From contig NC_087437.1 of NCBI RefSeq assembly GCF_036321535.1, positions 57,352,001-57,416,000 of the forward strand: a stretch of DNA of 64,000 nucleotides. Direction: 5' to 3'. A model generated the notes under the pieces. The model saw nothing but the letters and a program-made list of their open reading frames with translations, was not told where the DNA came from and did not search any database. Made by a program: the position numbers and the translations under genes. This DNA is from Camelus dromedarius (lineage: Eukaryota). Shown here piece after piece: positions 35,821 through 49,400 of this stretch. Position 1 is the first letter of the stretch, and each line of letters opens with the position of its first letter.

Positions 35821-36729
35821 GGGATGAGAGAAAGGATGATAAATAGAAAGAGGATAAGACAAGACAGAGTGAGAAATGAGAGAGGGAAAGGGAGACAGAG
35901 AGAGGGAGGGGGGAAGTGGGGAAGAAACAAGGGGAATTAAAGCAATAAAAGCCAGAACATTTAATCTAATTTTTAAATTTAAATAAATGTGCAGATATGC
36001 AGCTAAATTATATACCTCTTTTCCTGATGTCCTTCTAAGATTGAATTTGTTTCACTGATGTGTCATACGCTCTGCATTTTTAAATGATTTCTGAATATTA
36101 TATTACTCTTTCCAGCACTCCAGCAAATGCCCAGAATAAAAGGCGTATACAGTTGCTGCAAAAGTATGTTAGGGGCTCAGTGCTATATAACAGTACATGT
36201 AGCTGCTGCAAATAACCAGGAGTGAACATTCCTGGGCAACCTGACTGTGTAACATGCATACAACACACTACAAACTATTTTCATATAGGGAGACAGGTGC
36301 CCCAAGCACGCCAGTCTCCTAGTCTGCCCTCCTTGGGTTCCACTGTATGTGCTAACCCTGGAAACTGGCAGGACTTCATCCTCCCTCAGTTAAAATAGGA
36401 CCCCTTTTCTTCTCACTTTCTGGCCTGGGAGGCAACCATCTGAAGGGTGGCAGCTGCCTGTTGAATGACTCAATAGCTAAAGCACAAAATACACAGTAAT
36501 TCAGTGACATAGACTCTGTCTCAGATAATACCTAGAAGAACAAAATATAAAACCTTCTCATGGACACTGTTTTGTTACTTTTCTTCTATTTTTGTCATTT
36601 GGCTGTTGTTGATTCATAGACTCATTGTTATTCTCCTGAATGTAAATGACTCATTTTTTCCCCTCTAGAATGTAGATGACAATGTGGTTTTCAGAATTAA
36701 GCCTCATAACAAAAATGAAAATACACGAG

Positions 36730-37150
36730 TACAGAGGACTTCTGGTTCTAGGAATGTGGAAGAAAAAGCCAGAAGTGTTCCACAAACAATCTAGATAAGT
36801 GCTATAAAATATAGCCAACATACTTTTACTTGCATAGCTGAATTTGCAAGAAAGGAAAAAAAAAAATCCCACACAATGGGAAACGCAGGGACACCTCATA
36901 CCAAAGCAGTGGACTAATGAGCTGAAGGGGCACTGCCCGAGGAGGCTGTGGTCTGTTAGCGCCTGGGCTTGTTCTCTGATGACCACGTGCGGGCAGCAGA
37001 GGAGTCCTGGGGCCCCACACAGAATGCAGAACTGGAATTGAGATTCCTGCATGACGTCTGAATTCATACCTGTCTGGCCATTTTGGAGAATCGTAATCTA
37101 GGAAAAGTTGCCTGTCTTTAACAGGGATTGAAATGAGGAAAATCTCTCTT
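36730..37150 (+). mobile_element. Possible ancient L1M/HAL1 5' region
   Basis: GAGGACTTCTGGTTCTAGGAATGTGG start resembles old L1 5' ends; weak match. Confidence 0.35.
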
Positions 37151-37786
37151 AACATGTTGTAACCAGAGACCTGTGCCTCATGTTTATTACACAGACGCAC
37201 ACTCACTGATGTACACAAATGATATAAAGTCAGGCCAAGGACTGCTTCAACAACAGAAAGGGAAAGACAGAAGGTGAGGAATTTAGTGAGATCTGCTCTT
37301 TTTTTTAAATGTCTTAAAACCAGTATTAATTAAAAGAGGCAAGTAAAGAGCATCTCGGGCAGAGAGAAATCATATGCAAAGGCTCTGTGGTAGGAGGAAG
37401 CAGGGCAATTGGGGAAATTAAATGAAGTCCAGAGGTGAGGGAGATGAGGGCACAGGAGAGAGACTAGAATTGGAGAAACTAAAGGCAGACAGAGTGTGAG
37501 ACCATGCATACAAACAGCTACAAGTAATCAGAGTTGCACAAATTGAGCAAAATTTGAGAACTGACATGTTTGCCAAATGCTAATTACTAAAAATTAATGG
37601 GGTACTGCACTTTGCAAAGGGAAAGACTGTCTCACTATTACTTTAGAAACGTCCGTGGCAAAGGACTACATTCGCATCAGCATCATTATTTGAATTCAAA
37701 CAGTAGATCTTTGAGTTAGGACTGATACTGTATATAGTAACTGGAGAATTTTCTAGACTTAATCATGCCTTGAACAGACTGGGTAC

Positions 37787-38230
37787 TGTGGTAGGTGGAA
37801 TGCCTCCCCTAAATATGTCCATTTCTTAATCTCCCACACTTGTGAACGCTACTTTATAAGGTAAATGAGACTTTACAGATGTGATTGAGTTAAGTATCTT
37901 GAGATGGGGAGATTACTGTAGATTATCTAGGTGAGTCCAATGTAATTACAAAAGGTCTTTGCAAGAGGGAGGCAGAAGGATCAATGTCAGAGAAGATGCG
38001 ACCAAGGAAGTAGAGGTTGGAGTGATGCTGTCAGAAACCAAAAATGCAGACAGACTCTAGGAGCTGAAAAAGGCAAGGACTGATTCTCCCCTGGAGGCTC
38101 CAGAAAGAACACAGCTCTGCTGATGCATTTTAGACTTCTGACCTCAGGAACTATAAGAAAATAAATCTGTGTGGTTTGAAGGCACTAAATTTGTGGAAAT
38201 TTGTTCCAACAGCCATTGGAAACTAATATA
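37787..38230 (+). mobile_element. MLT1D-like MaLR solo LTR, near full length
   Basis: TGTGGTAGG..GACTTTACAGATGTGATT..TCTTGAGATGGGGAGATTA..AAGGCAAGGA..ATTCTCCCCTGGAGGCTCCAGAA..GGAAACTAATATA; degenerate 5-bp TSD GGTAC/GCTAC. Confidence 0.92.
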
Positions 38231-38341
38231 GCTACCTACACAAACCGAATGGAAGGATAAGGGTAAAGGAATTGCAAAGATTTTTTACATGAATAATAAA
38301 GACATGCAACTCCACGATTTCAGAGATTCAGCAGTATCAAG

Positions 38342-38659
38342 CTGTGCTGTCCAATATATTAATCACCAGGGGTATAGCTGTTGAGCACTTGAAATGTGAC
38401 TAGTCCTGATTGAGATGGGCTAAAAATAGGAGAAAAAAACCAATGGATTATAAAACTTACCATGAAACATAATGTAAAGTATCTCATTAATAATTTTATA
38501 CTGACTATATGTTAAAATCATATTTGAATAGATTGAGTTAAATAAAATCTATTGATAACATGGGTTTCACCAGTTTCTTTTTGTTTTTTTTTTAATGTGG
38601 CTACAGGAATATTTAAATCACCTTTGTGACTGTCATTATTTTCTATTGAATAGAGCTGA
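38342..38659. mobile_element. MER33/MER3-like hAT-Charlie MITE
   Basis: Imperfect TIRs CTGTGCTGTCCAATA / TATTGAATAGAGCTG; TTGAGCACTTGAAATGTGACTAGT; TATCTCATTAATAATTTT. Confidence 0.85.
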
Positions 38660-40204
38660 TGCAGACATTTCCACAGTAGCGCCACAAGTTAGACATTTGT
38701 GCATATCTGGAAATTCTATAAACTCAGGTCCACACTCAAAATTAGATACTGCATATACTTAACTAATGTTGTTGAACAACTAAGCTCACGTGTAATATTT
38801 AAATATGTGTTAGTGTAAGGCGAACATGAGTATTTTTCACATATATGCAAACCATCAAAGTAAACTGTGTTTTCTCTGACATTCTTGTCAGGATCAATTT
38901 TGAACTCTAGTGTTCTTTGAAATTTTCTTATGACGCGTGGCTTTTCAATCTTATCTTTTATCTTGCTTCTCTGGATATGGCATTATTTTCCCCTTTCCCA
39001 AGCTAAACATACCTCCATTGGATTAGAATAATGTATCTGAAAAGATGAAGAATGGTTTTGTTCATCTTGGCAAACACTTTGCATGGATTTTAATAAACTC
39101 TCTGTTGCATATACAGCAAGAAAATAAGTGGGACACTAACGCAAATCAATGAAATAAATCTGTTAACTGAATAGTAGAAATATTAATAGTTGCGAATTTT
39201 AACAAATACCTTAGAATTCCAAACTTTGAAACCTCCACCAATTGGAATATTTTAAAAGGTACAGTTTCTAACTACTTAAAAGCTTATTATAATCAGCCTA
39301 AGTTATTCTTGCTTCTTAGTAAATTCTGGTTTTTACTTAATTAGCTAAGCTATAAATGCTCCCCTCTCCTAAAAAAAGTTCCCACCATATTTCAGTAATA
39401 ATTTTGTATAACTATGTAATTTTTTAGTATGAAATCATAAAGAAGAAATGCAATGATGTTAAAGGTGAAATAAGAAATTATGATTGCAAACAAATCCTAG
39501 TTATAACCTTGAATAAATGAGAGGTGAGTTTGAAAGTCATTTCCTTGGCAGCCCATTTGTCGATTAAATTTATCTCATCTGTGAAAGTCTGGCGCCACAA
39601 TTATCATATTCATGCAATGTACAAGGATTCCTTCTAAGTGCCACGTCTGTCTCCTCTGCATTTATTCCAAATGCATTTAAAGGGCAATTGTTCTTAAAGG
39701 ATAACTTCAAAATCAGCTTTCAAGTTCCATTTTCATTTGGAAAATCAAATTAGAATCCAAATTCTTTTGTTCACAAAATAAGTCCAACAAAGATGATTGC
39801 CCCACATTTAATATGTCTAAGCCTTAACTGAAATATTTGTAAAACTTGGTTCTGTTGAGTTACAAGATGAATTTTCTTCTTTATTAAAGGCCCCAGTTTT
39901 TCTGCCTTGCCTCTGTCATCACCACAGTAATTTGCTCTAGGGCAAAATTGGTCCATTGGCCAAAAAGAAAATTTTTAAAACGCTCAGCCCATTTGCTTTT
40001 GTTTGCTTATTTATTTTTATTAGGTAAGCAAGTAATAAATTATAACTGTCTTACAGCAGGTCTAATGAGTAGTAACAAATTAAACTGTATTGATAAAATG
40101 AGGAGAACTCTTATACTGAAAAAGACAGAGAGCCAACAGCTGAATTTGGGCACATTATGGTTTTAAAGGGATGGCAGGAAAATAAGAGCACATATAGGAA
40201 ATTC

Positions 40205-40227
40205 AAAAAAAAAAAAAAAAAAAAAAG
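40205..40227 (+). repeat. poly(A) tract
   Basis: Direct reading; no attached retroelement body recognised. Confidence 0.9.
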
Positions 40228-41074
40228 CAGCTGAAAGAAGGAAAAAAAGCCCAGAGAAGGGGAGAAGGGAGTTGTCTCACAATTGACAAAGGAACATAAC
40301 AGCGTAACTTCTCATGAAGATGGGCCTCGTCAAATGCCTGGACAAAGCCATCCAGTAAGATCAGGATTAGATACAGAGGGTCTGTTAGATACAGAAATGT
40401 GAAGGTCTCTAGTGCAATTTTTGGTAGAAGTGAAAAGAAAGGAAATCAGATCGTGATTAATAAATACAGAATCTTGAAAAGTTTCGAAAGAATGTTCATC
40501 TATTGGTATAATGAACATTTATTTATACAAGTGTAATATGCTAATCTCCAAAATTACAGCAGCCAAAGAATAAAGAATTACTGCTCCTATTTCATTCTCT
40601 GCTTCCATCTCATTTTCCTTGTAGAAATTCACTCAGGAAAAAATGCCATTGAACCAGCAGTGCCTCCATATAGTTCAGTCTGTGTCAGACTCTTCTCCCT
40701 CTCCCTCCATCAACTTTCTCCAAAATAAGACAGCAAGGACAAATTCATCGTGGGAGAGGTAAAATAGCTCTATATTGGGGTATACATCGCTTGGTGAAAG
40801 TCTCTCTTGTTGAGAACATTGTAGGTTGTAAGCAGCTTTACAAAAACTCGGCGACAGTTAAGAGAAGCCCTGAAATACTGAGTTAGAATTGGAAACGTTA
40901 ATTTAAAACTCATTATTTTTAAAACATATGTTTAGTTTTATCTACTGGGGTTAAAAACCTAGACACAAAGACATGAGTAGCAAGGAGCATACTTAGAGGC
41001 AGGTCTTGGTTTCTAAATGCCATTCTCCACATAAAGGACCCAGGGATTCTTGAAGAAACGATGCCTTCTCAGGT

Positions 41075-41597
41075 ATTGACAGTTTGTAACTAGACTTATA
41101 GTGATGATCATTTTGAAATATATAGAAATATTGAATCACTATCTAATCACTATCTAGTGTAACAGGAACTAACATAGTGTTGTAGGTCAATTATACTTCA
41201 AAAACATACAAAGGAACAAACATACAAACTCATAGAAAAAGAGAACAGATTTGTGGTTACTGAAGGTGGAGGGAGGAGGAATTGGTTAAAGGCTGTCAAC
41301 AGGTACAAACTTCCAGTTATAAGATAAATAAGTCCTAGGAATATAATGTACAACATGATGCATATAATTAACACTGCTCTGTGTTATGTATGAAAGTTGT
41401 TGAGAGAGTAAATCCTGAGTTCTTATCACAAGGAAGAAAATTTGTTTCTATTTCTTTAATTTTATACCTTTATGAGATGATGGATGTTCATTAACTTATT
41501 GTGATAATCACGTCATGATGTATGTAAATTAAATCACTATTCTGCACACTTATAAAGTGCAGTATGCTAATTATAGCTTAATAAACCTGGAAGAAAC
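41075..41597 (+). mobile_element. Laurasiatherian L1 (L1MA9-derived) 3' UTR
   Basis: CAAACTCATAGAAAAAGAGAACAGATTTGTGGTTAC..GGTACAAACTTCCAGTTATAAGATAAATAAGTCCTAGG..TTAATAAACCTGGAAGAAA. Confidence 0.88.
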
Positions 41598-42329
41598 ACA
41601 AAGTAACTCAACACAAACATTATCATAGCAATTAAATTAGCAAAATTTTATTTAGTTTTAGTACTCATCACTGGTTTAGACTAAAATGAAAATTGTAATA
41701 TGAGGGCATCATTGATGACAGTGCAACCTGGTATGATTTTCAAATGGAATATAGAAACAGGGTTCAAGAACTATAAAAGTGTTCTCCTCTTTGATATGTT
41801 AATTACACTACTGAAAATGTTACTTAAACCAAAAGATCGGGGAAAAGTACATACGCAAAGATGTTCATTGCAGCATTATATACAAATATTTGGAAATCAT
41901 TCAGTAGCAAAGTAAAGTACAACAACTCTATGGGATGTAAGACATTAAAACTGTAATTCTGAAGGTTATGTAACAACACAGACAATGCTCATTCTGATTT
42001 CAGTTTTTTTAAAAAAAAAATACTGTAAGTGGCAGCCAATACACAGATTCATTCTGTATTTTGCCAGTTAATTTCCTCGGAGCTATAGTCTCAGGAGCAC
42101 ATGGTCTGCCTTCCAAGTTAGGGCAACAACAGTTTTATGGAACATTTTGCCACAACATAATGACATTCTCCAGTTTCCAACTCACAATATTTGTGAATTT
42201 TCCATCTGCCACTGTGTGCATGTCACATGTAGTCATAGCTTTCATAATAGCATCCCATTTCCAGGGCTCTCTGTTTTGGGGGAGGGATTTTTGAACAATT
42301 AGAGATCTAGAAAGATATCCCAAAATGCA

Positions 42330-42660
42330 TTGGCTTTTTAAAAAAAAATGTTTTTATCTCCAGTATAATGGTTTAGAAGTGAGCAATCCAAGACAGATAG
42401 GGAAGTTTCCAAACATGCTCTAAGTCATTACCATTACTCAGCTCTAAGTCATTACCGTTATCCCGTTACCACAGAGGAGAAATCAGAGTTCAGGATAAGC
42501 GTCTTAAAGGAGATATTCAGAAAGCTGTAGACATTAATTCCACTCGTGTGGCACGGGTACAAACTCAGTCACATGGGCACACCCAATTGAAACAACCACA
42601 ATAACAACAACAATGGATCAGTAGCAGTAGGGTATTCACATACTCACCTAAAACTGGAGT
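42330..42660 (-). mobile_element. Degraded MLT1 (I/J/K-like) LTR fragment
   Basis: AAACTCAGTCACATGGGCACACCCAATTG motif. Confidence 0.45.
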
Positions 42661-43199
42661 GTTCCATTAATAAGAGATAAAGGTAACAGTTATTATCTTT
42701 ATCACCATCACCTCTGTGCCAGTTACTCTACTGGACACTGAAGGTCTTAATACAGAAAAACTGAGCAAGATATAATTCCTAGTATTACAGAATGAATGGA
42801 TTTCAGGGGACCCACCTCCAGATTCTATTCAAAATTGTATGAAATGTTAGCTCACGTGTAAAATCATTGCTAACCTTAAAAAAAGAGAGATGGATAAAAG
42901 ACACTTTCCTGGGAATAAAGGGAGAAGTCAGTCTTGGGCAAAAGATGGAGAGAAACAAAAGATGGCTAGAAAAGAGGCACGAGAGGTTAGAGAAGCAGAG
43001 GCATTTGCTTGAGGGTAAAATGACAAGTGGAAAAACATCTCAATACCTAGGAAAAGGAGGTAAATTTGAGAAGGGATAATTATTATGGCTGTACAAAAGT
43101 GTAATAGACACGGGGTTACTATATGTCTCAGGAGGGGCGATTTGAAATGGGAGTGTTAGTGGAGATTTCGTTTAGACCTAATTAGCTTTGCATTTTTTC

Positions 43200-43560
43200 C
43201 GTAGAGGCTATGTTACCCAATCCAGATCTCCCTTTCAGAGTCCAGGTACACAATACTACAGCTGCTGTGAGCAGTGTCCGTTGTTAGTGGCTCGCAGCTG
43301 TGTCCTTGTCCAAACTGTCCTCACCCTGCTGAAATTAAATGTATACGCTCTCCCCAAGGGCAGCCCACTTTGAATAACTAGTGGATGCCAGAGTACAAAA
43401 GCCTGACTCTTTGCCTAAATTTGGGACACACTTAGAGCCATCACAACTCAAGAGACCACCACTCCATCCCGGGAGTGTGCTAGGACCACCATTTTAATCA
43501 CATCACAGCTTAAATTCTCCCTTTGACCAGTTAATACTGCTTCTGTCACTCTCATATGCT
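43200..43560 (+). mobile_element. ERVL LTR16-family LTR
   Basis: CCAGATCTCCCTTTCAG..CAGCTGCTG..AAAGCCTGACTCTTTGCCTAAATTTGGGACA..CATCACAGCTTAAATTCTCCCT; homologous to 28350-28736. Confidence 0.7.
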
Positions 43561-43879
43561 TGTTTTTCCTGGTCTGACTACCTCACTGTGGAAAGCAGTA
43601 TTTCTCTTGCACATTAGGTGGTCCTGAAAATGGGTGAGCTTTATAGGTGGCAATGTAGTAATGTTTTCCCTTAAGGACCTCACACTATTCTATGGCTTAA
43701 CATATTTTCAAGGCCATAACTCACCAACAAATTAAGGTCTGGAAATAGCTGCATTATTTTTCATCAGTTTGCAAAGCTCTGCAGAATTCTAATTCTAATT
43801 CTCCAACATAGCATGGCAACAATCTCGATTTTATAATCGACCGATGAAGAATTTGAGCTCATCTGTCTGATACGTCTCT

Positions 43880-44700
43880 TATTTGCTTAGATGATTCCTC
43901 TCTCTCTGCTGTCTTCTGAGAGGTCAGGGTCATGTCTAAATCATTGTCATGTTCTCAAATTCTGTTCAGTACTTTGAATCTAATAGTTGCTTAAAAAGTA
44001 TTTGTTTATGAAACTTAGAAAAGCTGGTGGGGAAGAGAAAGGGCTAAAATACACAAATAGAAATCAATCAGGAGCCATTCTAGATTCCTCCTTTCAAGTT
44101 ACTTTCAGTACCCAGTTCATTGCTGGCATTTTTAGTTCTGGGCCTACATGTCCTTGCAGTTTGTATTCTCCTCTTCCTTTACATTCTTAGTGCTTGGGTA
44201 AAGGTCCCCATCATTTCACACTAAAAATATTAAAATAGTTGCCTAGTCATTTACTTCATTCATTCTTCAAAACCTAAAGAAAAAGATCATTCATTCTAAA
44301 ATAAATCAGCAAGGGAGCAAAGACATAAATAAGAAGATATCATGTTGTTTCTGCTTTCTAAGTTTTCCATGAAGACAAAATTCCTTGCCCAACGCCACAC
44401 CATTTAATATGATGAGCTTTGCCTGCCTCCCTCACAATCTGCTGTCACGACCTCTCGTGCACCTGGGCTGGAGTCAGGCCAGCTGCCTGCCTCCCAAACG
44501 TGTCTTTCCTACTGCAATATGGCTCCCTTGCTAGGAATCGCCCTCCTTTCATTTTTCACTGACTTAATTTAAACTATCACCTAATCATCCTTAAATTAAA
44601 CCATCACCCATTTTAAGGAGCATTCTCTGATGATTTTTCCTTTGCCACACAGAGTTGTAAAATGTCTTGCATAATACTTTAGCTCCCTGAAAAATTTGAT
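43880..44700 (+). mobile_element. L2 fragments
   Basis: CTTCTGAGAGGTCAGGGTCATGTCT..AAGTATTTGTTTATGAA; GGAGCCATTCTAGATTCCTCCTTT; CTCCCTTGCTAGGAATCGCCCT. Confidence 0.6.
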
Positions 44701-44966
44701 AATGTGTTTCATAGTCCAATGAGGAGCAAAACTCTCAAATTTGGAGAACAGAACAATAAAGAAAAGAGAAAACCCTCCAGTTGTAGGTAAAGTCACTCTC
44801 ATTTATTGCAAGACTGGTTAAGGACACGGGAAATGTGTATTAAGTTTACCCATAGAGGGAGTTCATAAATTTTAAAACAAAATGTAAACACATACATTAC
44901 AGGAAAAAGTATCTGGTATATTACAGACATTATGGGCTTCAAAATTCTCTGCCGACCTCTCTCCTT

Positions 44967-45679
44967 ATGTCAGTTCTCATTATTCACAGTGCTTTGTGCT
45001 CTGTAAAGTCAGAGCAAACCCTGAATTAGCAAATACTGAACCATTGCTTTGAGGGGAAATACAGAGTTTAAATTCTTGCAAGTCCTAGTCACATTTTTGT
45101 CAACCAATTCATGTATAAATGTGTCATACATATGTATGACACACACACACACACACATATATATATACTTTTATATATATACATACATATATACTTTTAA
45201 AAGACACCTTGTTTAATATAAATTGTTGCTTTAGTAATGTTGAAGTCACTGGAACTGGAGCTTGTGCCTGAATGAAGATCTTCAGTGAGGCTTACCTAAC
45301 ACACGTGTTCTCCTGAAGACACCCCGCAGCCTTCTTGCACTTAGGAATACTAGACAGCCCTTCAGCACTGCACCTGGGGGGCTGTTTTAAACAGTGAAAT
45401 CATCAACAAAAAGCACACTCTGGGGAAGATGTGGCACTAAATAGACCAAGGAAAGGACACTTGTTTCCTGCACAACAGATGAAACAGGGAGGTAGAGCAG
45501 AGCCTTGTTCAACCACAGCCATGAACACGCAGGGTGGGGGATCCAAATTTTTGGCTGCTCTGCTTGTGGCCGAGAATGACGGTGTCAGAGCATGACGATT
45601 GATTTGCAGTTGCGAAGAAATTTTAGTAAGCCGGCAAATCTGCAGAGACAGAAGAGGTTAATAATGAGGACTGACTCTA
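44967..45679. mobile_element. MER82 TcMar-Tigger MITE, near full length, with internal (CA)n(TA)n microsatellite
   Basis: TIRs GTCAGTTCTCATTATT / AATAATGAGGACTGAC; CTGAATTAGCAAATACTGAACCATTGCT; AAATAGACCAAGGAAAGGACACTTG. Confidence 0.88.
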
Positions 45680-46085
45680 TGCAAGTCTAGTGGCAGAATA
45701 TTTGGGAGAGAAACGGATACTTGTCCTGTCTTCTCTTAGCAAGCGGTGTTTTTCCAGGCTATAAAATACATTATTTCACCGATTTGTTTGTTTGCTTTTT
45801 CTGGAAAAGTCAAGTGACTTATGTGGAGGTTATCCAGATCAGGGCAGGGAGGATCAAGAAAGAAATAAAAACTCGTGAAGATGAGCCAGGTCCACTGCAC
45901 TGACACTTGCAATTAAAACGGCTGCCGCTGCTGCGACTTAACATTGTCTCCTAGAAAAAGTCTTCCTTTTCTTTTAATGCAGCAAGAATTCTTCTTTTAT
46001 TTACTCTAATCTCCTTTGAGAAATACCCTTTGCTTTCATAGCAAAGTTTTTTCTTTTAATTACCGTGAACCTAAAGAAATACTCT

Positions 46086-46142
46086 TTCACTTTATCCTTT
46101 TTTTCAACTGGAGTATAGTCGATTTACAATGTTGTGTTAATT
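46086..46142 (-). mobile_element. 57-bp L1 3' terminus with 14-bp TSD
   Basis: GGAGTATAGTCGATTTACAATGTTGTGTTAATT flanked by TAAAGAAATACTCT at 46072-46085 and 46143-46156. Confidence 0.85.
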
Positions 46143-47071
46143 TAAAGAAATACTCTCTATTTCCCCTATAAAAAGGTAACATAATGTTCAAAAAAATACT
46201 AAGAATTTTATTTGCAAAAAAAAAATCTCTTTATGAGGGCCACCCAGTAACAATAGTGGTGATTACTCACTCGATGACTGTTGCTCTTTTTGTCCTTCAG
46301 TTCAGGATTCGTGACAAAAACAGAAGGCCATCTCCTCCCTCAGACTGAACACTTGTCTCCAGTGTAATGGAAAAGAACCTCTCTCCACGTCCTCACTGGA
46401 TTTTCCTGCTCAGTGTTTAGCCTAGCAGAACCAAAGCCCACATGCTATTAACCAGATGCTCTGCAGAGAATTAGAAACCCTGAAATAATGGACAGCCAGG
46501 CCCCCTTAGAAGGGAGCATTCATGCAGACTGATGGGCTGTCTGCTTTAGACCCAAGTAGCATGAGGTAATTTACAACCTGTCATCTCCTCACCGAGTGGG
46601 AGGAAGGCTTCACGTTATCAATGAAGGCACGGTATGATTTAAAGTGTTCTGCTCTCCAACTTTTCAGTTTCAGTTGCCTGCATCCTCTGAAGGGGAAGGG
46701 TAATGCCCAACTAAAAATCTGGCTTAAAATTGATGCTTCATAAATGGTGGTAGCGAAGACAGGAAGGGAGAGCAAGACCAGACAGCCAGAGGAGCGGGGA
46801 GAAAAGGAACTACATGAGCAGGAGGGTCAATAGTGTCCAGTACTGTTGAAAAAATAAGGACAACAAGGAACAAAAAAGAGGACTTTTGATTTGACATCTA
46901 GGTTATTCATAGGGAAGGAGCCATGGTAGAGTTGAGAGCCAGTAGCCAGATTACACAGCTTAAAAAATGAATGGGGGTGTTTCAGTAAACATGGTGCATG
47001 GAGCACATGTATCTAATTCACTCCTTCCTAAAATCCCCCCATAGAACCAAACTCCTATTGAAATATCAATC

Positions 47072-47710
47072 TTTTTTATTTTTATTTTTATCAAGTTACA
47101 GTTTATGTACAATATTATGTTACAGGTAAACAATAGAGTGAACAATTTTTAAAGGTTATACTCCATTTATAGTTATTATATTCTGTATTATATTCCCTGT
47201 GCTGTACAATATATCCTTGTAGCTTATTTTATACCTCCTACTCTCCTGCCCCTATCTTGCCCCTCTTCTTCCTCACTCCCCACTGGTGATGACATTTTGT
47301 CCTCTACATCTGTGAGTCTGCTTTTTTTGGTTATATTTACTAGTTTGTTGTATTTTTTAGATTCCACCTATAAGTGTATCATACAGTATCTGTCCTCTGT
47401 CTGACTTATTTCACTTAGCATAATACCCTCCAAGTCCATCCATGTTGTGGCAAATGGCACAATTTCATTCTTTTTTTGGCTGAGTAATATTCCATTGTAT
47501 ATATACACCACATCTTCATCCATTCATCTGTTGATGGACACTTAGGTTGCTTCCATTATTGTAAGTCATGCTGCTATGAACATCGAGGTGCATATATCTT
47601 TTCTACTTAGTGTTTTTGGTTTTTTCAGATCTATACCCAGGAGTATATTGCTGGGTGTGTATGATAGTTCTATTTTTAGTTTTTGGGAAATCCTCATACT
47701 GTTTTCCACT
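47072..47710 (-). mobile_element. L1 ORF2 end plus 3' UTR (laurasiatherian type)
   Basis: CTGACTTATTTCACTTAGCATAATACCCTCCAAGTCCATCCATGTTG..CATTCATCTGTTGATGGACACTTAGGTTGCTTCCAT. Confidence 0.92.
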
Positions 47711-48400
47711 GAATGGAAATGCACCAAATATCAAGTAATATTTAAGGCATAAGCCTACACAGATGGGGAAAATAGGAGTAGAGACATCAGTAACAAAACT
47801 GTCGGTGCTAGAAAGCAGATGGAATGAAGACAGCTGACTTAGCAGCACTAAGAAAGCCAAATCCCAAGTCTGCCGTGGGAACAATCATCTGGGGGAATCA
47901 ATAGCACTAGAGAACTCTGGGTGGGGGGGTGAGGTAAAGTATAATGTGTGTGTTTGGTGGTCTCCTCTCAAGTCACATGAGTTCCGTCTAGGAATCCAAC
48001 TGTTTCTAAAGCAGTTTACAGCGGTCCCTGCTATTTTAGCACACCTCTGACAGAAGAGGGCAGGTCTCCCCACTGGAGAGGATGAGGCTGAGGGTCTGTC
48101 AGTCCAGGTTCAGACAAGGAAGCAGAGTGACTATGATAATTAGTGACTATGGGCTTTAGGTATGTGTTACAGTAATTGGACTCTGCATAACTGTGGGAGG
48201 AACTGGAAGATCAGAGAGCTCACCACCCAGTCAATGCAATAAGCCAAACATGTCCAAGAATGGAGTGCAACAGCAAAGAGGAAGCTCATGGCAGGCTCTC
48301 TGGGAAGCTATTGCTTCTAGGTAGCTAGAGCCCCTGTGAATCTTCAAAGGCTCTGGAAGGGGCTGGGCCCACTGTGGTTAGCATGATGAACACTCAGGAA

Positions 48401-48489
48401 GGGGAGGGGATAGCTCAGTGGCAGAGTGTGCTTAGCATGCACAAGGTCCTGGGTTCAAGCCCCAGTACCTCCATTAACAACAACAACAA
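48401..48489 (+). mobile_element. Camelid tRNA-derived SINE (Vic-type) with (AAC)n tail
   Basis: A box TAGCTCAGTGG, B box GGTTCAAGCCC; TSD AACACTCAGGAA / AACACTCAAGAA. Confidence 0.9.
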
Positions 48490-48699
48490 AACACTCAAGA
48501 AAATGGGAAGGGTCCTATCATGGGGTCTGATTCCCCAAAAAAGAAAAGCCTAAGCATTTAGACATTAGGTACTCCCTAACAGATGACTTAGCCCAATCAT
48601 GTCACAGGGAAACCACCAGTCAGTTAAGACCCATCCACATGCTTAGAGTTGCTAGACAGGATTTTAGCTCAAACATTCTTAGATATGAAGAGACAACCA

Positions 48700-49400
48700 G
48701 AATAGCTGATATCTAAGAAAATATCTAACACAGAAGAAGGAGCCTAGAACAATAGACTGAAGAAAACAACTTGCAGAGAAGAGAAAAAAATTTTAAGTAT
48801 CATTGATAATTTTAAAGAAATAAGACATCATATATCACATTCATCAAACTCTAGAATACTATGAAGAAACTACTTTGAAAACAAAAATTAAACAAAATTA
48901 AAACAAAAATTAAATATTAGAAGAAAAATATAAAAGTCAATAGAATCTTTGTAAGATAAGGTTGAAGCTCTCTCAAAAAGGCAGTTCAAATGATGGAGAC
49001 AGTAGAGCAAAACAACATGGATATTATTCCAGAAAAATTTCCAAGACTGAGTATTGCTCTAACCAAAATTATAATAAGTCTCTACTGGCAGAATGATGGA
49101 TGAAAGTTTACATATATCTTTGGGGATGAGGAATGGGAAGAAAGCTAAGTTCTCATCTATCATAGTGAGAGTCAATAGTCAGTGCTCAAATATGGAGAAA
49201 AAAAGTATCAAGTAGTGATACAGCCATGTACTTCAAGATTTTAGGCTATTCAGATAATATAATCACATATAAAATGTTAAATGAAAATGTCTAGAAAAGA
49301 GAAAATGTGGAATAAGGGTCTAGGAATCACTATAGGTCTTAACAAGTCTGGAAGAATTACTGACTCTTCGAATATATGCTTAACTTAAAAAGTTTACTCT
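48700..49400 (+). mobile_element. Degraded ancient L1/HAL1 fragments
   Basis: A-rich coiled-coil-like remnants (GTAAGATAAGGTTGAAG..TCTCAAAA; AGAAAAATTTCCAAGACTGA); weak match. Confidence 0.4.

Noticed and set aside
36651..37218. Overlapping 130-138 aa ORFs
   Set aside because: No domain similarity recognised; the region is probably an old L1 5' remnant.
38419..38430. MEF2-like CTAAAAATAG
   Set aside because: Single AT-rich motif inside a MER33-like MITE; expected by chance.
48401..48475. tRNA gene-like sequences (also at 52091, 53948 and 61220-61290)
   Set aside because: A/B boxes are present, but tails and TSDs show they are SINEs rather than tRNA genes.
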